Shown here in pieces: positions 20,424 through 29,612 of a stretch of DNA of 64,000 nucleotides (the stretch's first letter is position 1; each line of letters starts with the position of its first letter). The notes under the pieces are model-generated. The model saw only the letters and a program-made list of their open reading frames with translations. It had not been told where the DNA came from and did no database searches. Source of the stretch: an uncultured Ignavibacteriales bacterium (GTDB lineage: Bacteria > Zixibacteria > MSB-5A5 > GN15 > FEB-12); the NCBI GenBank assembly GCA_964544635.1, contig CAZJCK010000007.1:434-64433 (forward strand), in the 5' to 3' direction. The position numbers and the translations under genes were made by a program.

Positions 20424-20470
20424 TGTACAGGGTCCTTTCACTGGAATCCGCGCGGTGCAGAAGAACCGTC

Positions 20471-22285
20471 CTATCCGTCGGTTTCGTCAGCTTCCGCTGC
20501 GGTCTCTTCCTCGACCGGAGGAGTGATCGTATCCTCGAGCGGATAGGCATCGTTGTTTTCGATTCGATAAAGCGGCATTTCGATGTTCTCGCGATACTGT
20601 CCGAAACTGATCGTTCCGGATGCTCCGTGATAGCCGTTCACCCGCTTGAGGTACTCGATCAGGCTGCGACGGCCGCTCCATTCGTCCGGGAAACCGCGCC
20701 CCGCGAGGGTGACGGCATCGTACCCGAGATTGGCCAGGCGTTGCGGTTGCCGCGCGAAACGGGCATCGAACGCCGAGGCGAAGGTCAGGTACTTCTCCGA
20801 CTGCTGCAACTGCAAGTGTGCCGACGGAAAGACTGCGCCGCGCGTGATGTCCGGCTCCAGCCGGTAGACCGCCCGGTCACCCCAGCCATCGGAACCGAGC
20901 AACTGTCCGCGCACGTTGTAGAACTGGATCTGCGGCAGCAACAGGCGGATCTGGCTGGCCTCACCGGGGGCGTAGATGGCATCAACGTGTACCGGCAGGC
21001 CGTCAGTCTCGATGGTATCGCCACGCGTGTTTATAAAATAGGTCGAGTCGGGATGGGTGCCGAGGATGATACTCTTGGCGTCGCGAATGAAGGGACCAAA
21101 ATCGGTATCGCGCGCGCTGTAGTACTCGATGGCGACAATGGTGCCACCGTGGTATTCAAAGCGATCGATAAAAGCCCGTGTCATGCGCAGGTGATCGGCA
21201 GTCGTCGGCGTAAACACGAATGCCGAATCGGCGTCCAAATGCTCGACAGCATACTCGGCCATCCGCACGCCCTGCAACTCAACATTGGGGGAGAGCTGAA
21301 ACGACGAAGTGGACAATCGCGTCAGGCCGGCCTGTGTCGCTGCCGGCGCAATGAGCGGGAGCTCGGTGGCGCGAATAACCGCCGATGCCACCGCCGACTC
21401 TTCGCTGGTCAGGGGACCGACCACCATGTGCACATTACCCTCGGACAGTTCAGCGGCGATACGACCGGCATCGATCGGGTCGCCCTTCGTATCGTACGGT
21501 TTAATTCGCACCGGCGTGCCGCGCTGACGGAGAATCTCGGCAGCTATAGTCGCACCGTTCATGATCTCTTCACCAAACGCCCGCAGTTCGCCGCTCAGCG
21601 GCACGGCCACCGCTACCGTCAGCTCGTTGGGTAACGTCGCGAGGTGATCCTGATACGATGACAGGTCGACATTACCGCAGCCCTCCGAAAGGCGGGCCGC
21701 CTGGTCGTGCTCGCCGCGCGACGCCAGCTCGCGCGCCACCAGCGCGATCGCACGACAGCGCTTGTCGCCGGGGAGATCATCGAACGACTCCCGGTTGATA
21801 CTCAGGTTCCGCGCTTCGGCCAGCAGGCCGTTGATGGCTTCTGTCGTGAGACGATCCAGCCGGCTGTCATGCGACCGGGCGTATGCCTGCAGGTAGCTGC
21901 GCAGCGCTCGCCCTGATTGTCCGGCACGGTACTGGGCGTTGGCGAGGAAGTACCAGGCATACGGCAGTTCCGGTTTGTCGCGGTAACGATCGATGTAATA
22001 AGAGAAACTGGCCGTCGCCTCGGAAAAGCGGCCGGCATGATATTCGGACCTGGCGCGGTGAAAAAGGAACAGATCGGCCTGGGGGGAATTGCCGAACCGC
22101 CCGGTCAGCTCCTGAAAGGTACGCATCGCTTGAGCATACTGACCGTACTCGAGCTGCTGCTTCCCCTCGACGTATAGTTCGGCTGCTTCGGGCGGACTGA
22201 TGCGTTCAGCCGCCGTCAGGCCCACAGTGCAAAGGAGCACCAGGATACATGCACCCGTCAGCCGTCGCAGGACCACGTCTGTCAT
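20471..22285 (-). CDS. TPR plus type-I periplasmic-binding-fold protein (LpoA/LivK-like architecture)
   Basis: Start at MTDVVLRRLTGACILVLLCTV (22285), 4 nt after the upstream stop. N-terminal TPR-like helices, then VAVAVPLSGELRAFGEEIMNGATIAAE...VVGPLTSEES, typical of the Leu/Ile/Val-binding fold. Confidence 0.75.
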   Translation of the reverse strand: MTDVVLRRLTGACILVLLCTVGLTAAERISPPEAAELYVEGKQQLEYGQYAQAMRTFQELTGRFGNSPQADLFLFHRARSEYHAGRFSEATASFSYYIDRYRDKPELPYAWYFLANAQYRAGQSGRALRSYLQAYARSHDSRLDRLTTEAINGLLAEARNLSINRESFDDLPGDKRCRAIALVARELASRGEHDQAARLSEGCGNVDLSSYQDHLATLPNELTVAVAVPLSGELRAFGEEIMNGATIAAEILRQRGTPVRIKPYDTKGDPIDAGRIAAELSEGNVHMVVGPLTSEESAVASAVIRATELPLIAPAATQAGLTRLSTSSFQLSPNVELQGVRMAEYAVEHLDADSAFVFTPTTADHLRMTRAFIDRFEYHGGTIVAIEYYSARDTDFGPFIRDAKSIILGTHPDSTYFINTRGDTIETDGLPVHVDAIYAPGEASQIRLLLPQIQFYNVRGQLLGSDGWGDRAVYRLEPDITRGAVFPSAHLQLQQSEKYLTFASAFDARFARQPQRLANLGYDAVTLAGRGFPDEWSGRRSLIEYLKRVNGYHGASGTISFGQYRENIEMPLYRIENNDAYPLEDTITPPVEEETAAEADETDG

Positions 22286-22289
22286 CACC

Positions 22290-22796
22290 TTACAGTGAGT
22301 ATTTGCCGAAATCTTCGGGGTTGATCTTCTTGAGGCGTTCGCGCAGTGACTCCGGATCGGTCGGCATTTGCGGCGGGTTCGGACCTTCGCCGGTTGATTC
22401 TTCCTGGCTGACATTGAACAGGTCCTCGTTCACGTAGATCGTGGCGCCAAACTTCAAGGCCAGGGCGATCGAGTCCGATGGCCGGGCGTCGAGTTCAAAC
22501 TCGTGACCGTCCGATTCCACATACAACCGGGCATAGAAGGTCTGCTCCTTCAACTCAGTAATCTCGACCTTGCTGATGCTGGCATCGAGCCGGTCGACGA
22601 TCGTCTTGAGCAGGTCGTATGTCATGGGCCGCTGCGGTTTCATACCCGACAACTCCATAGCGATACCCCAGGCCTCGGCATGGCCGATCCAGATGGGGAG
22701 GACCTTCTCAATGTTGAGCGGAGCGAGGATGACGACCGGTGAATTGGTGGTCATGTCCAGCGCCAGGCCTTCTATTTTTGCCTCAAGCAATTTCAT
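22290..22796 (-). CDS. Bifunctional nuclease (BFN/DUF151) domain protein
   Basis: ..PVVILAPLNIEKVLPIWIGHAEAWGIAMEL....RPMTYDLL......ARLYV......LDARPSDSIALAL matches the DUF151 pattern. Confidence 0.8.
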   Translation of the reverse strand: MKLLEAKIEGLALDMTTNSPVVILAPLNIEKVLPIWIGHAEAWGIAMELSGMKPQRPMTYDLLKTIVDRLDASISKVEITELKEQTFYARLYVESDGHEFELDARPSDSIALALKFGATIYVNEDLFNVSQEESTGEGPNPPQMPTDPESLRERLKKINPEDFGKYSL

Positions 22797-22799
22797 AGG

Positions 22800-23246
22800 C
22801 TATGACTGTTTCACCACCCACAGTTTAACATTCGCTGTTACATCTCTGGCGATGCGAATCGGCACGGTGTAGACACCGAGCACCTTGATCGGCGTTTCCA
22901 GTTCGATCGCCCGTTTGTCAACCACAACGCCCTGTTCCTCGAGCAGCCTGGCAATGTCGGCGTTGGTCACCGAACCGTAGAGCTTGTCTTCTTCGCCGAC
23001 GCGTACTTCCATCGAAAGCGACAGCTTCTCGATCCGCTCCTTGACCACTTCGGCTTCGCGACGCTGTTTCTTCTCGCGAATTTCCTTCTGCTTTCGGACC
23101 TCATCAATAGCTTTGAGGTTGCCCCGCGTGGCCGGTATCGCGAGATTGCGCGGAATCAGGTAATTCCGCCCAAAACCGTCCTTGACCTCCACGGTTTCAC
23201 CCGCATCGCCCAATTGCGGGACATCTTCTCGCAGAATCACTTTCAT
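22800..23246 (-). CDS. rplI: 50S ribosomal protein L9
   Basis: MKVILREDVPQLGDAGETVEVKDGFGRNYLIPRNLA is a canonical L9 N-terminus. The track ORF has a 14-codon upstream extension. Confidence 0.9.
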   Translation of the reverse strand: MKVILREDVPQLGDAGETVEVKDGFGRNYLIPRNLAIPATRGNLKAIDEVRKQKEIREKKQRREAEVVKERIEKLSLSMEVRVGEEDKLYGSVTNADIARLLEEQGVVVDKRAIELETPIKVLGVYTVPIRIARDVTANVKLWVVKQS

Positions 23247-23284
23247 GGTATACCCTTTCACATATGTTTGCAAGCACTTTATTA

Positions 23285-24310
23285 TCAAGCAGATGCGTCG
23301 GCTGCGAGGGCACTCGCACGCCAGTCTTTGTAGCTGTCAACAAAGCCCAGCACCACCGCCGCAAAATATCCAATAATCTGTGAGATGAACAACAGCAGGT
23401 AAATTCCACCCTTCAACAGGCAGGATACCTGCAGCCGCCGCATGTAAAACTCCATCAGCGCGAGACCGCATACGGCATAATACACCGACAAGATCACCAG
23501 TGCATTGTCGGCAAAACGCGTCAGGGCGTCACCGCCCAGCAAACGCAGCACAATAAACAGCACCAGCGGCGCGGCGACATAAAACGGCACCCGCCACATC
23601 ACAAAATGCTGCGCCGCCGTGTGCGCTTTGGCGTGACGGTTTATCCAGCCGGCATAGATCAGGTAGCCGATCGAAAACTGGGCCAGCGTCCCGAGGATAG
23701 TGAATCCCGGCAAAAGACGCACCAGGGCGCCGGTCAATACCGTCCCGGTTTCGACATTCTGCTGTATCATCGACTCTGTCATTCCCATCGATTTCCAGCC
23801 TTCCCGCGCGTCTTCGAGGATCTGCCGGAAGTTCTCCTGCGCCGTTGCGGTCAGTTCCGGCACGATCGGCCAGTACTGAATAAGTGTCAGCACGGCTACC
23901 ACCAAAGCGCCGGCAACATACACTCGACTCGGCTCAAGGCCGCGCCGGGTCAACCGGCCGCTCACGAAGCCCGCCAGGAGCATCACCAGCCAGCCGGTAA
24001 CTATCAGCCAGGTACCGGACGCGCCCGAGGCGATCACGGCGGTGATGATACCCAGTGCTCCCGACCCCACCAATAACCAGGTGCGGCCATTGAAAGCAAG
24101 GCGGGCGATCATCGTGTACAGGTAGATCGTCAGGACATACACCACCATGGCGATGCCGATCGTCATACCCGTCGAATCACCGGTGTTGCTGTGCAGCACC
24201 ACCGCATACAGCGCCATTACCAGCGGCGGTACCCACCAGCGATAGCGTTCGGCCGCTGCCGGTGTCGGCTCACCGTGAGTCTCGCCCTTAGCGGTACGAC
24301 TCACTCTCAA
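23285..24310 (-). CDS. DUF2232 (YybS-like) polytopic membrane protein
   Basis: Multi-TM ORF between rpsR and rplI, where YybS-type genes sit in other bacteria. Start uncertain (TTG 24310 or GTG 24304, overlapping the rpsR end). Confidence 0.65.
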   Translation of the reverse strand: MRVSRTAKGETHGEPTPAAAERYRWWVPPLVMALYAVVLHSNTGDSTGMTIGIAMVVYVLTIYLYTMIARLAFNGRTWLLVGSGALGIITAVIASGASGTWLIVTGWLVMLLAGFVSGRLTRRGLEPSRVYVAGALVVAVLTLIQYWPIVPELTATAQENFRQILEDAREGWKSMGMTESMIQQNVETGTVLTGALVRLLPGFTILGTLAQFSIGYLIYAGWINRHAKAHTAAQHFVMWRVPFYVAAPLVLFIVLRLLGGDALTRFADNALVILSVYYAVCGLALMEFYMRRLQVSCLLKGGIYLLLFISQIIGYFAAVVLGFVDSYKDWRASALAADASA

Positions 24311-24515
24311 ACGCCATAATCGCGAGCACCCGGGCGCGCTTGATCGCGGTCGTTAAGGCCCGCTGATGCCGCGCGCAGTTTCCAGTGATGCGGCGAGAGA
24401 TGATTTTTCCGCGCTCGTTCGTAAACCGGCGCAGCAGACGATCATCCTTGTGGTCAATGTAATTTATTTTGTTTTCGCAAAAGCGGCAAATCTTGCGACG
24501 TCGTATTGCTGCCAT
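24288..24515 (-). CDS. rpsR: 30S ribosomal protein S18
   Basis: [57 protein letters not shown]. Confidence 0.92.
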   Translation of the reverse strand: MAAIRRRKICRFCENKINYIDHKDDRLLRRFTNERGKIISRRITGNCARHQRALTTAIKRARVLAIMAFESESYR

Positions 24516-24529
24516 TGGTCAATCCCTTC

Positions 24530-25156
24530 TTACAATTCCTTGTCTTCGTCAGTCGACTCGGCCTCGCCTTCGGGCGCCGGCTTCTTTTCTTCTTCTTCAG
24601 GCGAGGGTGCCGTGGAACCGGGTTCCGGCGTCTCCTCGTCGACCGAGGCGGTCGCCTCTACCTCTTCGGGCTTGGTGCTCTCCGATTCAGCTTCAGCACG
24701 CGACGGTCCGGTGGTGTGCGCTTCCGGTTGCACCGACGGTTGAGCCTCCGGTCGCGGTGCCGGTTGCGGAGACGGGCGCTCACCTCGCGGTTCGCGGCGT
24801 TCCCGACGATCGGGACCATAATCGCGATCGGACTCGTCACGATCCGGACGGCGCTGCCGGTCGTCGAGGCTGCCCTCGAACTGTACCGTGAGGTCGCGCA
24901 TGTACGACTCGCCAAGTTTGAAGTGCTGCTTCAGAAGCGGCAGAATTGTGATTTCGCCTTCAAAAACGATACTCGTATAGTACCCCTGGTTCAATCCCTG
25001 GATTTCGTAAGCCAGGCGACGGGTACCCATGCGGTCTTCATGAAGGATCTTGCCCCCGTTATGAGTGATGATGTCGGTGACGGACTTCACAGAACCGTCG
25101 ATCGAACTGTCATCAGTCTGGGGATTGACAATGAAGGTAGTTTCGTAGATACGCAC
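24530..25156 (-). CDS. rpsF: 30S ribosomal protein S6 with a roughly 115-aa Pro/Glu/Arg-rich C-terminal extension
   Basis: GTG at 25156 preceded by agggaggaa. (M)RIYETTFIVNPQ..GGKILHEDRMGTRRLAYEI is the S6 core. The tail RQRRPDRDESDRDYGPDRRERREPRGERPSPQPAP...EEEEKKPAPEGEAESTDEDKEL is low complexity. Confidence 0.88.
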   Translation of the reverse strand: MRIYETTFIVNPQTDDSSIDGSVKSVTDIITHNGGKILHEDRMGTRRLAYEIQGLNQGYYTSIVFEGEITILPLLKQHFKLGESYMRDLTVQFEGSLDDRQRRPDRDESDRDYGPDRRERREPRGERPSPQPAPRPEAQPSVQPEAHTTGPSRAEAESESTKPEEVEATASVDEETPEPGSTAPSPEEEEKKPAPEGEAESTDEDKEL

Positions 25157-25227
25157 TACACTTCCTCCCTGCGGACGTTGGTTGTTGCAACCCAAACGGC
25201 TTAGCCGGGAAATGTGCGAGTGGTCGA

Positions 25228-25812
25228 CTAAGCAGGGTCGTTCTTACTGTTATATTTCTGCATGGCAGCCTCAAACGGCTGCTGGAGGGCGAATATAACT
25301 GCCTCAGCCGCAAGAGCAAGCATTTTCTCGGCTGCCGGCATCTCCGCAGCCGTGAACGGCTCCAGCACCCAGTCCGATATCCCGTAATCTTCCGGGGGCG
25401 GACCGATACCTAACCTGAGGCGGCGAAAATCGGTCGAGCCAAGTTCTTCAATCATCGAGGCCAGACCGTTGTGGCCGCCGTCAGAGCCGGACCGTCGAAA
25501 CCGCAGGCTGCCCAGCGGCAGGTTGAAATCGTCAACAATGGCCAGCATCTCCGAAGGTGCCAGCTCGTGCTCCTGCATGATCTTCCGCGCCGCCAGGCCG
25601 GAGCGGTTCATGTAGGTGGTCGGCCAGGCAAGAATGAGCGGGCGGGCGCCGCTTTTCTCGATCGCCCAGTCGTACAGGGGATCGGGCGGTTGACGGCGGC
25701 AGTTCAACTCATCCGAGACTCTGTCCAGCACGTCAAACCCGACATTGTGACGGGTGTGGGCATACGTGCGGCCAAAATTTCCGAGACCGAGGAGCAGTGA
25801 AATCATGGTCAA
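25228..25812 (-). CDS. pth: Peptidyl-tRNA hydrolase
   Basis: LLGLGNFGRTYAHTRHNVGF...RFRRSGSDGGHNGL motifs. Confidence 0.92.
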   Translation of the reverse strand: MTMISLLLGLGNFGRTYAHTRHNVGFDVLDRVSDELNCRRQPPDPLYDWAIEKSGARPLILAWPTTYMNRSGLAARKIMQEHELAPSEMLAIVDDFNLPLGSLRFRRSGSDGGHNGLASMIEELGSTDFRRLRLGIGPPPEDYGISDWVLEPFTAAEMPAAEKMLALAAEAVIFALQQPFEAAMQKYNSKNDPA

Positions 25813-25824
25813 TGCGCGGGACAG

Positions 25825-26523
25825 TTAATCTTCGTGGCGGGAGAAGCGGTAACCGACACCGCGGATGGTTTCGATAAACTGCGGTTCCTTGGGGTTCTCT
25901 TCGAAGATCTTGCGCAGCTTGAGGATGAAGTTGTCAATCGTCCGGTTGGTCGGATAGCTGTGATATCCCCACACGGCGTCGAGCAGTTGGTCACGGCTGA
26001 CCACCTCGCCTTCGCGCTCGACAAGATATTTCATAACCATGCACTCTCGCCGTGTCAGTTCGAACTCGCCACCGGGACCGGAGGCGGTGTAGGTCTTGAA
26101 GTTGATCCGGCGATCGTCAAAGCGAAAGTCATCCCCTTTTTCTTCGCTCTTGGCCAACCAGGCCTGGCGACGGAAGATCCCCTGGATTCGCGCTTTCAGT
26201 TCCTGGACCTCGAACGGTTTGGTGATGTAATCGTCACCACCGGCCACCAGCCCCTCGATCTTTTCATCCGACTGGTCTCGTGCCGAGATGAACAGAATCG
26301 GCAAAGTGAAACCGTCTTTTCGCAACTGCCGGCATATTGAAATGCCATCCAGCCCCGGCAGCATCACATCGAGCAGTACCAGGTCGTAGTTGCCTCTCGG
26401 CGCTTCGTCAAGGGCGGCGCGGCCCTCGCCGACTTGCACTACTTCGTAACCTTCGCTTTCCAGGGCCAGTACCAGGCCGTCGGCAAGGTTCATGTCGTCT
26501 TCGACCAGGAGAATTCGCTTCAT
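25825..26523 (-). CDS. OmpR/PhoB-family response regulator
   Basis: REC domain (ILLVEDD...DLVLLDVMLPGLDG) plus a winged-helix output domain (..LTRRECMVMKYL....VVSRDQLL..VWG.......RTIDNFILKLRKK..IETIRGVGYRF). Confidence 0.9.
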   Translation of the reverse strand: MKRILLVEDDMNLADGLVLALESEGYEVVQVGEGRAALDEAPRGNYDLVLLDVMLPGLDGISICRQLRKDGFTLPILFISARDQSDEKIEGLVAGGDDYITKPFEVQELKARIQGIFRRQAWLAKSEEKGDDFRFDDRRINFKTYTASGPGGEFELTRRECMVMKYLVEREGEVVSRDQLLDAVWGYHSYPTNRTIDNFILKLRKIFEENPKEPQFIETIRGVGYRFSRHED

Positions 26524-27506
26524 TGTTTCAGTCCACCCTCCGGCAATCTGATAGTAAATGTCGTGCCTTTGCCGATGCCATCGGAGTCGGCAGTTACGCT
26601 GCCGCCGTGGGACCGAACGATTTCACGACACAAGAACAAGCCTAATCCAGAACCGGGCTGCGAGCGGGTTAGTTCCTCGCCGGCCCGGTAGAAACGGTCG
26701 AAGATGCGCTGCAGGTTCTGGTCCGAAAGGCCGATACCGTTGTCGCTGATACGAATTACGATCCGGCCGCGTGGTTCCACGCTCGCATCGACCGAAATGC
26801 GCACTGCATCCTTGTCGTTATACTTAATGCTGTTTTCGAGAATGGCGTCAACGGCTCGCTGCAAAGCGGCGCGATCACCGGTAAACATTAAACCGTCGGC
26901 AATACGGCTGTCAACCTCCACAGCCCGACTCGCCGGGTATCGCTTCACCCGTTCGATCGCTTCGTGCAGCAGGCCGTCAATCTGGAACGTTGAAAGATGC
27001 AGCTTGTAGCCGCCCCGTTCGAAGCGTCCCGCCTCCAGCACATTCTCCACCAGCTTTTCGAGTCGGTGCACGTCGGCGTCAAGGCGCGGCACGATCGATT
27101 TCTTGCGCTCCGCCGTCACTTTGTCCGACTTCAAGCTGTCGAGATAGATTTTCATCGACGCCAATGGTGTCTTCAACTCATGGGTGACCGCCATCAGGAA
27201 GTTCTGCTGGTTGAACTTGAGCCGCTCGGCATTTACCAGTGAGCGGTAGATGACCCATGCCCCCACCACCACCAGCAAGAGAAAGAAGACCCCCTCGGTG
27301 CCGAGCATAATCTGACGGCTGATTTCCTCGTCGTGCAGGCGCGCCACAAACTCAGGATCGGCGCCGAGATCGATGGCCAGGTCGACCTTCTCGTCGGTCA
27401 GGCGGGCCATAAAGGTAATCCACCAGGCCGCCTGGGCGATCAGCGTAGTCGTAATGAGTATGAACAGCCAGAGAGCTGCGCGGGGTGAAAGCTGTAGTCG
27501 TGCCAT
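26520..27506 (-). CDS. Membrane sensor histidine kinase
   Basis: Overlaps the downstream RR gene by 4 nt. Two TM segments, H-box FLMAVTHELKTPL, N-box ILENSIKYN, G-boxes DNGIGL and GSGLGLFL. Confidence 0.88.
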   Translation of the reverse strand: MARLQLSPRAALWLFILITTTLIAQAAWWITFMARLTDEKVDLAIDLGADPEFVARLHDEEISRQIMLGTEGVFFLLLVVVGAWVIYRSLVNAERLKFNQQNFLMAVTHELKTPLASMKIYLDSLKSDKVTAERKKSIVPRLDADVHRLEKLVENVLEAGRFERGGYKLHLSTFQIDGLLHEAIERVKRYPASRAVEVDSRIADGLMFTGDRAALQRAVDAILENSIKYNDKDAVRISVDASVEPRGRIVIRISDNGIGLSDQNLQRIFDRFYRAGEELTRSQPGSGLGLFLCREIVRSHGGSVTADSDGIGKGTTFTIRLPEGGLKQ

Positions 27507-27613
27507 ATGCTCTTTCGTCCGGTTTGGCACAAGGTAACACAATCACCGCCGCCGGGCAAACGGATCAGTCCGGACAAGAAAGCCCCGCTGTAAGCGGGGC
27601 TTTCGCACAACTA

Positions 27614-28459
27614 TTAGTTACCACAACTACCGGTCCTGGGCCAGGAAGCACCCCCGAACTCATACAGGTAGTTCATTTGAGTAGGCAGGAACTGAAGCGT
27701 GACCGTCCACACCCCGTTCGTCGACCCATTCATCGCACCGCTGCAGCCAATATCGACACTCACCGTGTAGACGACCTCACCATCGAACGGGCATGGCGGA
27801 CCACCGATTTCTTGCGACGCGTCAATCGTGATATCGGTAAGGGTCCAGCTACCGTCAATGTACACATCACACACCGTCGAATCCGGACCTTCGTGGATCG
27901 AGTCCACCAGATCACCAACGCCGGTGCCGGTGCCGTTGACGAATACGGTATCCGATTGTGTGGCAGTGCCGGTAAGCACGACGTTTTGCGTCAATTCGCC
28001 GGTCGTAATATTGTCGCTGAGAAACTCGATCTTCATGAAACTTCGGATTTCCGTCAGCAGCGAATCTACCGGCCACTGCACCGTATCGGTATCTTCGATG
28101 AATTGTATCGAGTCCATCACCGCGATAGTGTCCTCGTCCAGAAGCGTGTCGGTAATTACCCAGAACTTGGAGTCGCTGTGGTAGTCAATCGAGAACGCAG
28201 ACAGTTGCTGCCGGTGCTGCTTCGGTCTTCCAACTGGAGTGAGGATCTCGTCAATATGCAAGAACAGCATACCCAGCATCTCGCCGGTCCCTTCTTCAAC
28301 ACCCCCAAACTGCGATCCGAATATGGTGAATTGCGTGTCCAGGTCAGTGGTGGTGCTGCCGGTTGGCGACGTATCATCATCGTCGTCGCTGCATCCGAAA
28401 GCGATGAGCAAAAGCCCCACGCAGCAAAAAAGCACTGCCAGGCGATACCATAACTGCAT
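27614..28459 (-). CDS. Lipoprotein, function unknown
   Basis: MQLWYRLAVLFCCVGLLLIAFGC(23)SDDDDDTSPTG signal and lipobox. No family recognised. Confidence 0.6.
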   Translation of the reverse strand: MQLWYRLAVLFCCVGLLLIAFGCSDDDDDTSPTGSTTTDLDTQFTIFGSQFGGVEEGTGEMLGMLFLHIDEILTPVGRPKQHRQQLSAFSIDYHSDSKFWVITDTLLDEDTIAVMDSIQFIEDTDTVQWPVDSLLTEIRSFMKIEFLSDNITTGELTQNVVLTGTATQSDTVFVNGTGTGVGDLVDSIHEGPDSTVCDVYIDGSWTLTDITIDASQEIGGPPCPFDGEVVYTVSVDIGCSGAMNGSTNGVWTVTLQFLPTQMNYLYEFGGASWPRTGSCGN

Positions 28460-28575
28460 CCCTATTCCTCCTTTGTTTTTGCCGGCCATGCGGCATCATG
28501 AAATACAAGCTGGTACGAGTGAGATAATAGGGAGAGCAGTCCACAATACAAGAATAAAAACAGCCTTCAGCAGGT

Positions 28576-28605
28576 AAAAAAAACACCCCGCCGTTGACGG
28601 GGTGT
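28576..28605 (-). terminator. Rho-independent terminator after cheV
   Basis: Minus strand: acaccccg-tcaacgg-cggggtgt followed by tttttttt (plus-strand A-run 28576-28583). Confidence 0.7.
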
Positions 28606-28631
28606 CGGATAGCCTCAGACTCATTTCATGT

Positions 28632-29606
28632 TCAGTCCAGTGGCACGGTGGTGGCGACTTCGAGCGCTGCCTTCTCGACATCAACCCCTTCGTCGAACGC
28701 CACTTTTTCACCGCGGATCAGCGCCGAGGCGGTATTCAGCAGCTTGTCGAGGTTCAGCTTGGTGATATGGGCATCGGCCTTCAGGAATTCAGCGCGCGCC
28801 TTCATGCCGACATCGCCAATCGAGGAGTAGACGATTACCGGGGTGTCGGGTCGCTGTGACTGGCGGATCCGCAGTGTCATCGCCAGGCCGTCCATGCGCG
28901 GCATTTCAACGTCACAGATAACCAGGTCGTACGGTTTCTTCTGGAACTGCTCCCAACCCAGCAGGCCGTCCGAGGCCTCGTCAACTTCACAGCCGGCATC
29001 GGCCAGTTCGGTGGTCAGCATGGCGCGTACAGCCGGCGAGTCTTCAACCACCAGGACCTTCTTTTCGCTCAACTGTCCCTCGATCGATGTCGTCCGGGCG
29101 ACCCCGGTTTCGGCCAGGTGCGGACAGAGATCGATCAGGATTGTTTCATAGTCAAGCAGCTGGACCATGCGTTCCTCAGTCGGTTTGACGATACCGAGCA
29201 CATACTTCTGATCGATATTGGTAAACACCTGCTGGGCATCGACGACATCTTCCCACTTGAAATGATGGATCCAGTCGATACGATCGACAAAGAAGCCGGT
29301 CAGCATACCGAAGAATTCGGTAATGATAACTTTCTGGCGACTGGTTTCATCGTTGGTCAGACCGAGGAACCGGGCCAGGTCAACCACCGGTACCAGCCGG
29401 CCCATGTCCTTGAACATGCCGCTGATAGCCGAGTGCGATTCCGGGACCTTCGTGAAGTTGAGCAGGTCGTTGACGATTTTATTGACCTTCAGAATGTTGA
29501 TGCCGAACGACAGGCCGTTGACACGATATTCCAGTACGCGCAATTCGTTGGAACCGGACCGTAGATACGACTCGGCATCAAGCTTCGCTTTTGTTGACAT
29601 CGACAT
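28632..29606 (-). CDS. cheV: CheV-type chemotaxis coupling protein (CheW domain plus receiver domain)
   Basis: N-terminal CheW-like domain (ELRVLEYRVNGLSFGINILKVNKIV..VPVVDLARFLG), C-terminal REC (VLVVEDSPAVRAML....DLVICDVEMPRMDG). Confidence 0.85.
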   Translation of the reverse strand: MSMSTKAKLDAESYLRSGSNELRVLEYRVNGLSFGINILKVNKIVNDLLNFTKVPESHSAISGMFKDMGRLVPVVDLARFLGLTNDETSRQKVIITEFFGMLTGFFVDRIDWIHHFKWEDVVDAQQVFTNIDQKYVLGIVKPTEERMVQLLDYETILIDLCPHLAETGVARTTSIEGQLSEKKVLVVEDSPAVRAMLTTELADAGCEVDEASDGLLGWEQFQKKPYDLVICDVEMPRMDGLAMTLRIRQSQRPDTPVIVYSSIGDVGMKARAEFLKADAHITKLNLDKLLNTASALIRGEKVAFDEGVDVEKAALEVATTVPLD

Positions 29607-29612
29607 GGCCCT

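Noticed and set aside
20423-21634. 403-aa plus-strand ORF
   Set aside because: It lies entirely antisense to the TPR/periplasmic-binding-fold gene, which has clear family motifs. Its Arg/Gly/Leu-rich composition is typical of antisense frames in GC-rich DNA.
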